Assembly (NCBI GenBank): GCA_045545315.1
Contig: JAZQAR010000040.1
Span: 8,027 to 72,026, forward strand
Reading direction: 5' to 3'
Length of the DNA stretch: 64,000 bases
Source of the DNA: Eubacteriales bacterium
Lineage (GTDB): Bacteria; Bacillota; Clostridia; Oscillospirales; QAKW01
The translations under genes and the position numbers were made by a program. Shown piece by piece: positions 27,601 through 33,815 of the stretch; the stretch's first letter is position 1, and each line of letters begins with the position of its first letter. Under the pieces are notes generated by a model. The model made no database searches. It was not told where the DNA came from and saw only the letters and a list, made by a program, of their open reading frames with translations.

Positions 27601-27918
27601 ACCGAAGAAGGGCACCCAGCCCATATCGATATCAGCGGTCTGGTAGATGGAAACACCGGCCATGGTGTTACCGTCCGCTACCAGATCGGCCAGTTTATCC
27701 ATACCGGCCCGGTCGCTGACCTTATACTTCTTAACAGAAGCAGTGTATTCGGTGATATCTGCAAAACCGGTTGCATCTACCAAACCCTTTTCGGCAACCA
27801 CTTCGTCGCTGACGAAAGCGGCCTCGGCACTAACGGGGAGTGCGAAGCTTGCCAACAGGGAGAGCAGCATACATACCACTAAGATTGCAGACCATGCTCT
27901 TGTCTGTCTCTTAAACAT
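21634..27918 (-). CDS. giant secreted beta-helix surface protein with C-terminal cohesin-like module plus type-I dockerin (paralog B)
   Basis: About 2094 aa from the ATG at 27918; SD aaggagga lies 8 nt upstream, and the track's ATG at 27945 has none. It has a signal peptide (MFKRQTRAWSAILVVCMLLSLLASFALPVSAEA). Four ADIDM/NDIDM/ADLDL...DG.G..I.N modules follow, with the shared VWGISTKEDWLAVT block and a large Cys/His cluster. The cohesin-like segment contains MKFKMTYNPAELTYKG...ALVEAEFAPADAVTLGKK. The dockerin loops are DINTDGVVNTVD and DLNGDGIVDLVD. Confidence 0.85.
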   Translation of the reverse strand: MFKRQTRAWSAILVVCMLLSLLASFALPVSAEAAFVSDEVVAEKGLVDATGFADITEYTASVKKYKVSDRAGMDKLADLVADGNTMAGVSIYQTADIDMGWVPFFGIGLAGSNADKSKPFSGTYYGNGFTIDNLYITNSNAYGSGLFNTAKDAAFHDIFIASGLIIGNFRAASIVGGHIADANLKLYNCFSAATVITGGNNGSAGLVSNAVGVSALYNCAFLGMLYTRHPYAAGITAGTDKNEFRIENCYVYGNILSGVNTVAGAGFTLGIHSAFIRPGSETMGKVGNNNYYVNDGRMKSTSSLVGGSYTTDDDGTALNKADFATQDTADRLNGGAGNIPAEGQKEGYEMKFTPSTAGYPVITYYKDGEIYSKRHAHTTTNVGENTIAEKSSLFKKVSDNLGAVKTKAPMGDLKIDNANDLFALSLLIAFRGTSNASEYSKDFGLTSISIEADIDMKDMDIFPIEYYLPLAAQNPMDVPIEGNYHVIKNYKTYAYAVPENFQTEMQVGFIGYAASEVNHLGLVDADVTTHAWVSSTARKGIGLMAGYASGATFNGCFATGTVYATNGACWRGTDIGGLVGTEKGGSTVFNGCWSDAKVEALYNASASSAIPAIGYSDINPYTAGGINGVYYFAENEPTYGMAHMRAEQGMITSETDLIDVALDMNQANDVAVWGMNEDNTLAFADGENTVVGVFIQRVSEGGLKAGEPTFYKATKPGEILVLPTIEGYEVNASTLPDGVVDGKLKMPNTNITLEYTAKCFDMDVIKAINDIYGNLGENLFTPASISNLKYIKGYCKTLAQAAETDEYTDAEKYQLQLELENLVATTKLELVGKYPNIPGYSLYNVLKDYNTSGVWGISTKEDWLAVTSVPTAQFNPKLELHLTNDIDMENELSMPLYYGGTYSGVIDGHGYAFKNLNVTMNGTNPDLPIGGIVSHMSGGKIMNLGIESGIVDITNHQASNDNYGIGLFCGWAVNATFTKCWAGSGATLKLTNCKNDSSYGIIVGRGANTFDSCYNYAKIESNGTPNHVSHLGDWNTNASRLNNSFGVTNASNASIYMYRANGTGNNVNLGNNLWIVGGTNICHSSAINTNSGKLSTSAVSNGELAYKLWANYVEGRGTQNYYTVEGGKTVFGTADTQYYAVRVVNGDNVKEWYGKPGTKVNISSCGVALDKLELQEGSAGTVDGYNVTMGKGNTEFVVKTETTPDPDEPGTDPDPEQPVVLDFGALKALLKKIGSVDFGYFVDAEGMKAKYEKVNAEYVSYTTQAQINASVAALNDLYTLDGSKIVPASLSSQYCKIEGNAEYPMIGIYTVADLEYAASVSATYTTAQKLYLCADLDLGNSGFAGFAGLKAAFDGQDHVIRNWAVATRGFFNEFTGGVIENIVFDDCHTSTTERASALVIGQTATAATTVRNITVTNCSVSNNTEKDAYNVGIICGGTAGNDTFENIVVRDSEVKGKSAEQTAILIGAYNKYSAGSTVTVKNVLIDGCANNAAHHNDGSYSGYESGLLVGKWNGNMTLDVTNLILSNCSVGHYVGANVVPGKVFGSLIGTMSGASTKAYFRNVIAYNNSTGYSSLVGVDTVANSATNPVVVCENVYTDAKNAYCLGGYTGRIDLKEVADFEGVNKATAEQFKNGAAAYEANKAIGEKLFAVVDSDVVYATEEILAPTKQVIQLNGVIRGSIFTDSKGKLDAAAWSDVLDMVSKMQTEIPVEWMCEGGDPAALTYTEDGAIMGVCCYHEWKYATGEDGKHVKSCDLCGGVVPEACEVDWVHKDGTHSGVCELCDKDYSGIPCDWVSVGKIEQDCENAAAEEFQCSVCEEYKVVVEEGSEPLGHLTKYVYNEASSASHFVECERDGCGYSRLENCTEAPNPTVVKPSYESDGYTEWTCIHCEGKWKTGVTNAIAVVDADSVALVNGATSGKLAITVSQNRNITEMKFKMTYNPAELTYKGMVLTEAAAAVADLSVTEAVKGTLEVTITAKEGQHTNVEGALVEAEFAPADAVTLGKKYGVAFEAVSANVGGKATLFEGAKEPAYVKVVEADDINTDGVVNTVDLTDMLKHLVGKDIERDFNTILADLNGDGIVDLVDAVELARKLA

Positions 27919-27983
27919 AAACAAGTCCTCCTTAAGAATATACATTAAGCATCTTTTTTGTCCAAGATGCCATCATACAGATA

Positions 27984-28051
27984 TATTTTAACATAACTAT
28001 TCGAAAAAATAAACAACTCTATGTTGCATTTTTTGCACACTATGTGAAATC
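27984..28051 (-). promoter_or_regulatory. putative promoter (TGnTAAAAT) and upstream CAC-N5-GTG/TGTGAA motif of giant gene B
   Basis: Minus-sense TGTTAAAAT has its -10 at 27990..27985, 67-72 nt upstream of the ATG. Minus-sense GATTTCACATAGTGTG lies at 28051..28036. Confidence 0.45.
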
Positions 28052-28101
28052 TATCGCCCATTTATGAAGGATATTGGGCATTGCAACCAAAATCCTCTTT
28101 T

Positions 28102-29100
28102 TCAAAAAAACCGATATTCCGTCACCGAACGGAAGGGCTCCTCCGCCTCCAAAGTAGCCGAGGGGAAGGAGGGGTGATTGGGGGCATCGGGTTAGGTCTG
28201 GGTCTCCAGGCAGAAGCCCTGGTGCTTGCCCATAGGGCCGCTCTTGCCCACGGGGGTATCCAGGTAGTTGCCGGCATAAAGCTGGACCCCGGGCTGATCG
28301 GTATGACATTCCATCCGGATCCCGGTCTCAGGCGAGGTGGCGGCAGCCGCCATCCGCAGACCCTCCCCCTCCAGGCAAAAGTTATGATCGAAGCCGCCGC
28401 ACAGCTGAACCTGGTCGTCCGGCGCGTTGATATCCTTGCCGATGGGCTTGGCTACGGTAAAATTAAAGGCGGTGCCCTGTACCGGCCGCAGCTCCCCGGT
28501 GGGGATCAGCAGATCATCCACCGGCGTATAGGCCTTGGCATTGATCTGCAACAGATGATTGGTGACGTTGGCACCGTTTTCGCCGTTCAGGTTAAAATAG
28601 CAATGATTGGTGGGGTTAAAGACGGTGGTCTTATCGGAAAGACCCTCATATGTAATACGGAGCGTGTTGCCCTCGACCTCAAAGAGAACCCCCACCTTCA
28701 GTTCACCGGGGTAGCCCTCTTCCCCATCGGCCAGCACCGTAGTCATCCGCACCGCCGTACCGCTCAGGGTCCGGGACTTCCAGATCTTTTTATCCATACC
28801 GACCTTCCCGCCGTGCAGGTGGCCCCGGCCTTCCTCGTTACAGCCTACGTCGTATTCTATCCCCTTCAGGGTGAACTTACCGCCGGCGATCCGGTTGGCA
28901 TAGCGGCCCACGGTGGCACCTAAGTAACCGCCCATAGCCTTGTAATCTGCCAGGGTATTGTAGCCCAAAGCCACGTCCACCCCTTTAAAACGGATGGATT
29001 GCAGGGTAGCGCCGTAGGTCAGGATGCTGACGCTCAGATCGGCGTTGCCATGGATGGTGTATTTATCTGCTGCTCCAAAAGATTCTTTTACTACGCTCAC
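28102..29100 (-). pseudogene. galM: aldose 1-epimerase (galactose mutarotase) interrupted by one in-frame TAA
   Basis: The ORF at 28192..29100 ends ...HQGFCLETQT*. Directly after the TAA (28194..28192), the same frame reads PDAPNHPSFPSATLEAEEPFRSVTEYRFF*, which is the conserved C-terminus of this family. Confidence 0.8.
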
Positions 29101-29104
29101 GATA

Positions 29105-29776
29105 TTACTCCTTTAAATCCCAATCGATGGGTTGTTTTCCGTTTTGGATCAAAAATTCATTGGTCTTAGCAAAATGCCCGCAGCCGAAAAAGCCGTTATA
29201 GGCCGAAAGAGGGCTGGGGTGGGCACATTCCAGGATCAGATGCCGGGGGTTGGTGATCAGCGCCTTCTTCCCCCGGGCGTGGCTGCCCCACAGCAAAAAG
29301 ACGATGGGCTCCGGCCGGCGGTTCAGCAATTCGATCACCCGGTCGGTAAAGGGCTCCCAACCCTTCCCCCGGTGGGAAGCGGCGGCACCCGCCCGCACGG
29401 TGAGAGCAGTGTTGAGCAACAGAACCCCTTCTTCCGCCCATTTTTGCAGGTAGCCATGATCCGGCGGAGTGATCCCCAATTCCTGCTCCAGTTCCTTATA
29501 GATGTTCTTCAGGGACGGGGGTGGCTCCACCCCTTTCCGCACCGAAAAGCACATTCCGTGGGCTTGTCCCGGTCCGTGATAGGGATCCTGACCTAAAATC
29601 ACCGCCTTGACCCCCTCGTAGGAGGTGGCCTTCAGGGCGTTGAAGATCTCGCCCATGGGTGGGTAGACCGTTCGGGTCCGATATTCGGTTTTGAGGAATT
29701 CCCGCAGCTGCAGGTAATATTCCTTTTGAAATTCGGGCGCCAGAAGGGCATCCCAGCTGTTTCCGATGGAGACCAT
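29105..29776 (-). CDS. ung: uracil-DNA glycosylase
   Basis: A 223-aa ORF with [21 protein letters not shown] and the HPSPLSA motif. Confidence 0.95.
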   Translation of the reverse strand: MVSIGNSWDALLAPEFQKEYYLQLREFLKTEYRTRTVYPPMGEIFNALKATSYEGVKAVILGQDPYHGPGQAHGMCFSVRKGVEPPPSLKNIYKELEQELGITPPDHGYLQKWAEEGVLLLNTALTVRAGAAASHRGKGWEPFTDRVIELLNRRPEPIVFLLWGSHARGKKALITNPRHLILECAHPSPLSAYNGFFGCGHFAKTNEFLIQNGKQPIDWDLKE

Positions 29777-29782
29777 GGACCG

Positions 29783-30169
29783 TCACCTCATATTTTGACA
29801 AATTTTGCGGATCCAAAGACATATAATCTGTATAGGCTTTCCCAATAAAAACCACAGCACGCAGTAGGGCAGGCAGATCTGCCCCCAAAGGTTCAGGGGC
29901 TTTTTGGAATAATCCCACACCTTTAAATGCAACAACAAATTAAACACACACCCAAAGACCAGCTCCACCGCCGTGATCACGGCGGCAGTCTTGAGGCAGA
30001 TGGCCCGGGCACCCTTCTTCCCGCACAGGGGGAACAGGAGCCTGAGCACCACCCCGCCGGCCAAGGCCATACTCCAATGGGTGCGCCCCCGCCAAAGGAG
30101 CTCCAACAGCGGGTACCCTGCAAAGCCCAGGGCAAAGGACAAGATTTTTTCGCTCCGCTTCATCGGCAT
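29783..30169 (-). CDS. small polytopic membrane protein (possibly CmpB/ABC-transporter type IV-like family)
   Basis: About 128 aa from the ATG at 30169, behind ggaggtgtt. The sequence begins MPMKRSEKILSFALGFAGYPLLELLWRGRTHW and has four hydrophobic helices. The track's 230-aa version overlaps the next real gene out of frame. Confidence 0.5.
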   Translation of the reverse strand: MPMKRSEKILSFALGFAGYPLLELLWRGRTHWSMALAGGVVLRLLFPLCGKKGARAICLKTAAVITAVELVFGCVFNLLLHLKVWDYSKKPLNLWGQICLPYCVLWFLLGKPIQIICLWIRKICQNMR

Positions 30170-30207
30170 AACACCTCCCGGTGTTAAGGTGCCCCGATGA
30201 AGGATTT

Positions 30208-30528
30208 TTATTTGGCGGTCGCCTTCATAAAACAGATCAAATACCCCACCAACGTCCATCCCAAAAGCAGATTCAGCCACAAAAGACGGCGCTTCTTCGG
30301 CTGGTTCCAGCGATAGGCATAGTAGGCGGGTAACATATAAATAGGAAGAAAGACCGCAGCGATCATCACCGACGCCGCATAACTGAAGGGAGGCAAAAAG
30401 CCGGTCATCCCCGTATTCAGGCTGAAAAAACCGATGATCAGCGCCAAAAATGCAGTAGCCGGCGCAAAGACCCACAGCAGCTTCCAGAATTGAAAAATGG
30501 GATTTTCTTTATTGGAGATACCCTTCAT
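30208..30528 (-). CDS. superinfection-immunity-like small membrane protein
   Basis: A 106-aa ORF in which YMLPAYYAYRWNQPKKRRLLWLNLLLGWTLVGYLICF resembles the Imm_superinfect motif (YxLPxxxAxxRxHxN...NxxLGWTxxGW). SD aaggaggtg lies upstream. Confidence 0.55.
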   Translation of the reverse strand: MKGISNKENPIFQFWKLLWVFAPATAFLALIIGFFSLNTGMTGFLPPFSYAASVMIAAVFLPIYMLPAYYAYRWNQPKKRRLLWLNLLLGWTLVGYLICFMKATAK

Positions 30529-30585
30529 CCCTTCACCTCCTTATTATAATAATATTACTATAACACACAGTTTACAAAATTTCCA

Positions 30586-30613
30586 TTGAAATTTTCCTAA
30601 AAACCGATATAAT
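30586..30613 (+). promoter_or_regulatory. SigA-type promoter of the lipid kinase gene
   Basis: TTGAAA (30586-30591), a 16-nt spacer, then TATAAT (30608-30613). Confidence 0.55.
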
Positions 30614-30636
30614 ATATTTGAAAGGAAGGAATTGCC

Positions 30637-31521
30637 ATGTCTAAAAACGCTTTGGTCATCGTAAATCCCAAAGCCGGGATGATGAAATCCAAAAAGAATA
30701 TGTTTGAGATCGTGGACCGCCTTTGTCAAAAGGGCTATTCCGTTACCGTTCAGACCACCGCTATGCCCGGGGACGGCTCCCGCTTTATCGAGCGATTTGG
30801 CCAGGGACAGGATCTTTTGGTCTGCTGCGGTGGCGACGGTACCCTGAACGAAGTGATCAACGGCATGCTGCATCATCAGTGCAAGGTTCCCCTGGGCTAC
30901 GTGCCCGCCGGCACCACCAACGATTTTGCCCGTACCCTGGGGCTCCCCAAAAAGGTGGAGGATTGTATGGATCGGATCCTCTACGGCCATCCCCGGGATT
31001 ACGATATGGGCACCTTTAACGGTCGTAACTTCACCTATATTGCCTCCCTGGGGGCTTTTACCCAGGTTTCCTATTCCACACCCCAAAGGCTGAAAAACAT
31101 TTTAGGACATTCCGCCTACTTGCTGGAGGGGGTAAAGGCCGTTGGCTCCATCACCCCCTTTGAGGCAGAGATTTGTACCAACGGGGAATGCTTTAACGGT
31201 GAATTCGTCTTCGGCGCAGTCGCCAATTCCACCTCCATTGCCGGGCTCTTCAAACTGAACCAGCTGGACGTGCGGTTGGACGACGGCGAACTGGAGCTGA
31301 TCCTGGTACGAAACCCCAAAAACGCCACCGACCTGGCCCGTACCCTCAACGGCATCACCAGAGGACAATACGATCCCCGTTACGTGATCTTTGAGCATAT
31401 CAAAAATGTAGACATTACCACCCGCCTGCCCCGAAACTGGACCCTGGACGGCGAAGCCGGCGGTGAACAGCAGAAATGCCACATTGAAGTCATCCATAAC
31501 GCCATCCAATTGATCATTTGA
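30637..31521 (+). CDS. diacylglycerol kinase-family lipid kinase (YegS/DagK type)
   Basis: A 294-aa ORF with LLVCCGGDGTLNEVINGM and the PAGTTNDFAR motif. Confidence 0.88.
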   Translation: MSKNALVIVNPKAGMMKSKKNMFEIVDRLCQKGYSVTVQTTAMPGDGSRFIERFGQGQDLLVCCGGDGTLNEVINGMLHHQCKVPLGYVPAGTTNDFARTLGLPKKVEDCMDRILYGHPRDYDMGTFNGRNFTYIASLGAFTQVSYSTPQRLKNILGHSAYLLEGVKAVGSITPFEAEICTNGECFNGEFVFGAVANSTSIAGLFKLNQLDVRLDDGELELILVRNPKNATDLARTLNGITRGQYDPRYVIFEHIKNVDITTRLPRNWTLDGEAGGEQQKCHIEVIHNAIQLII

Positions 31522-31528
31522 CCCATCC

Positions 31529-31563
31529 TTCCCTCCCGGGAATTCCCGGGAGGGAATTTTTTT
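31529..31563 (+). terminator. rho-independent terminator
   Basis: ttccctcccggg-aatt-cccgggagggaa followed by ttttttt. Confidence 0.85.
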
Positions 31564-31578
31564 GAATATTATTAAAAT
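31561..31578 (+). promoter_or_regulatory. ARG-box-like site upstream of the arg -35 element
   Basis: TTTGAATATTATTAAAAT matches about 13 of 16 informative positions of TNTGAATWWWWATTCANW. Confidence 0.35.
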
Positions 31579-31584
31579 AAACCC

Positions 31585-31613
31585 TTGACAATACCGGGGT
31601 TTATCTGTATAAT
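31585..31613 (+). promoter_or_regulatory. perfect consensus SigA promoter of argCJBDF
   Basis: TTGACA (31585-31590), exactly 17 nt, then TATAAT (31608-31613). Confidence 0.75.
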
Positions 31614-31634
31614 ATGCGGTATTAATTCATTTTT

Positions 31635-31652
31635 AATGCATAATTATTCAAA
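31635..31652 (+). promoter_or_regulatory. ARG-box-like site in the arg leader
   Basis: AATGCATAATTATTCAAA matches about 14 of 16 informative positions of TNTGAATWWWWATTCANW. It lies between the predicted TSS and the RBS. Confidence 0.45.
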
Positions 31653-31663
31653 AGGAGTTCCCC

Positions 31664-32587
31664 ATGAAAAAAATCTTTATCGACGGAAGCGCCGGCACCA
31701 CCGGCTTACGGATCCGGGAGCGGTTAGCCGCCCGCAAGGATCTGCATCTGATCACCCTGGCCGAGGAGGTCCGCAAGGATCCCGCCACCCGCAAGGCAGC
31801 CCTTTGGGAGGCGGATATTGCCTTTTTGTGTCTACCGGATGCAGCTGCCGTGGAAGCGGTAGCTTTGGCAGAGGGCAGCGATACCGCCATCATCGATACC
31901 TCCACCGCCCACCGTACCGATCCCAACTGGGTCTACGGAATGCCGGAGCTGCCCGGCCAGCGGGAAAAGATCGCCGCTTCCAAGCGGATCGCCAATCCCG
32001 GCTGTCACGCCAGCGGCTTTATCGCACTGGTGGCACCCCTGGTGCAGGCGGGGCTCCTTTCCAAGGATGCATCCTTGAGCTGTTTTTCCTTGACCGGCTA
32101 CACCGGCGGCGGCAAAAAGATGATCGCCGAATACGAGGATCCGGATCGGATGCCTCTTTTGGATGCTCCCCGCCAATACGGGCTGAACCAACAGCATAAA
32201 CATTTGAAAGAAATGGGCGCCCTTTGCGGGCTGACCGCCGCCCCCCTCTTCTGCCCCATCGTGGCGGATTTTCCCTGTGGGATGGAGGTCACCGTACCCC
32301 TTTTCGGCAAGGATCTGAAGGGCAGTATCGCCGATATTGAAAGGCTGTATAACGAAACCTACCAACAAGGGCTGATCCGCTTTTGTGCCGGCGCCAACGA
32401 GGGTGGCTTTTTGGCCGCCAACGCCATGGCCGGGCGGGATGATCTGCAGATCACCGTGGCCGGCAACGAGGAACGGATCCTGCTGATCGCCCGATTCGAT
32501 AACCTGGGCAAGGGAGCCTCCGGCGCGGCTATTCAAAATATGAACGTATTACTGGGCGTTGAGGAAACGACCGGCTTGCAATTTTAA
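31664..32587 (+). CDS. argC: N-acetyl-gamma-glutamyl-phosphate reductase (short type)
   Basis: A 307-aa ORF with GTTGLRIRERL and the active-site segment NPGCHASGFI. Confidence 0.92.
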   Translation: MKKIFIDGSAGTTGLRIRERLAARKDLHLITLAEEVRKDPATRKAALWEADIAFLCLPDAAAVEAVALAEGSDTAIIDTSTAHRTDPNWVYGMPELPGQREKIAASKRIANPGCHASGFIALVAPLVQAGLLSKDASLSCFSLTGYTGGGKKMIAEYEDPDRMPLLDAPRQYGLNQQHKHLKEMGALCGLTAAPLFCPIVADFPCGMEVTVPLFGKDLKGSIADIERLYNETYQQGLIRFCAGANEGGFLAANAMAGRDDLQITVAGNEERILLIARFDNLGKGASGAAIQNMNVLLGVEETTGLQF

Positions 32588-32597
32588 GGAGTAGAAA

Positions 32598-33815
32598 ATG
32601 ATCAAATTAATTCCCGGCGGTGTTTGTGCCGCCAAAGGCTTTCAGGCCAACGGGATCCATTGCGGGATCCGCAAAAACAAGACTAAAAAAGATCTTTCTC
32701 TGATCTATAGCGAGGTGCCCGCCGCTGCGGCGGCGGTATATACCACCAACCTGGTCAAGGGCGCTCCCCTGCAGGTGACCAAAAGCCATCTGGCAGACGG
32801 CACCGCCCAGGCGGTGATCTGCAACAGCGGCAACGCCAATACCTGCCACGCCAACGGCATCGAGAGCGCTGAACAGATGAGCGACCTGGTGGCCAAGGAA
32901 CTGAATATCAAATCCACAGCCGTGGTGGTGGCCTCCACCGGCGTCATCGGTCAGCCTTTGGATATCACCCCCATCGCCCAGGGTCTTCCCGCCCTGGCCA
33001 AGGGCTTGAGTGCCGAGGGTGGCACGGCGGCCGCCGAGGGTATTATGACCACCGACACCGTCAAAAAAGAGATCGCCGTTTCCTTTGAGCTGGGGGGCAA
33101 GACCTGCCACCTGGGCGGCATCGCCAAGGGCAGCGGGATGATCCATCCCAATATGGCCACCATGCTGGTGTTTCTGACCACCGATGCGGCCATCTCCCCC
33201 GCTATGCTGCAAAAGGCCCTTTCCGGGGATATCGCCAATACCTTTAATATGATCAGTATCGACGGCGATACCCCCACCAACGATATGGTGACCCTTTTGG
33301 CCAACGGTATGGCCGGGAATCTCTGCATCACCGAAGAGGGAGCCGACTTTAATACCTTTATGGAAGCCCTGAACACCGTAAACGTTCATCTTTGCCGCTC
33401 CATTGCCGGGGATGGCGAGGGCGCCACCAAGCTGTTGGAATGTAAGGTGACCGGAGCCAAGGACGAAGTCACCGCCAAGACCGTTGCCAAAAGCGTGATC
33501 TGCTCCAGCCTTTTAAAGGCGGCCATGTTCGGTGCCGATGCCAACTGGGGCCGGGTGCTTTGCGCCATCGGTTACAGCGGCGCGGCAGTAGAAGTGGACA
33601 AGGTGGACGTTTCCTTCCGCTCCCCAAAGGGCACCGTAAACGTTTGCAAAAACGGCGCCGGGGTGGATTTTTCGGAAGAAAAGGCCAAGGAGATCCTTTT
33701 GGAAAAAGAGATCGAGATTTTAGTAGGATTGGGTGACGGCGCCTACGGTGCTTCTGCCTGGGGCTGTGACCTGACCTACGATTACGTAAAAATTAACGGA
33801 GATTACAGAACATAA
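32598..33815 (+). CDS. argJ: bifunctional ornithine acetyltransferase / N-acetylglutamate synthase
   Basis: A 405-aa ORF with the autoprocessing site PNMATMLVFLTTDA and C-terminal DLTYDYVKINGDYRT. Confidence 0.95.
   Translation: MIKLIPGGVCAAKGFQANGIHCGIRKNKTKKDLSLIYSEVPAAAAAVYTTNLVKGAPLQVTKSHLADGTAQAVICNSGNANTCHANGIESAEQMSDLVAKELNIKSTAVVVASTGVIGQPLDITPIAQGLPALAKGLSAEGGTAAAEGIMTTDTVKKEIAVSFELGGKTCHLGGIAKGSGMIHPNMATMLVFLTTDAAISPAMLQKALSGDIANTFNMISIDGDTPTNDMVTLLANGMAGNLCITEEGADFNTFMEALNTVNVHLCRSIAGDGEGATKLLECKVTGAKDEVTAKTVAKSVICSSLLKAAMFGADANWGRVLCAIGYSGAAVEVDKVDVSFRSPKGTVNVCKNGAGVDFSEEKAKEILLEKEIEILVGLGDGAYGASAWGCDLTYDYVKINGDYRT

Noticed and set aside
21745-27882. Plus-strand ORFs of 1515 aa (21745-26292) and 517 aa (26329-27882)
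   Set aside because: Same mirror-frame artefact, this time opposite giant gene B. The two ORFs are separated by a sense TTA codon at 26290-26292.
27919-28101. A c-di-GMP or other riboswitch in the leaders of the giant surface-protein genes (also 21412-21590)
   Set aside because: Adhesin genes in Clostridia often carry GEMM riboswitches. Here, however, the leaders are short (about 60-70 nt from the putative -10), are very AT-rich, and lack the conserved GEMM cores and paired helices.
28192-28194. The possibility that the in-frame TAA in galM reflects an alternative genetic code or programmed readthrough
   Set aside because: TAA clearly terminates many well-defined genes in this window (glgC, glgD, glgA, glgP, argF, trxA and others). 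A reassigned code is therefore excluded. A point mutation or sequencing error is the simpler explanation.
30170-30475. A long N-terminal extension of ORF 29783-30475 (and likewise 40533-40610 for the SLH gene and 27919-27945 for giant gene B)
   Set aside because: The extensions overlap a better-supported gene out of frame (30208-30528) or run through a terminator hairpin (40522-40553). The internal ATGs have canonical SDs and are followed immediately by signal-peptide or TM sequences.
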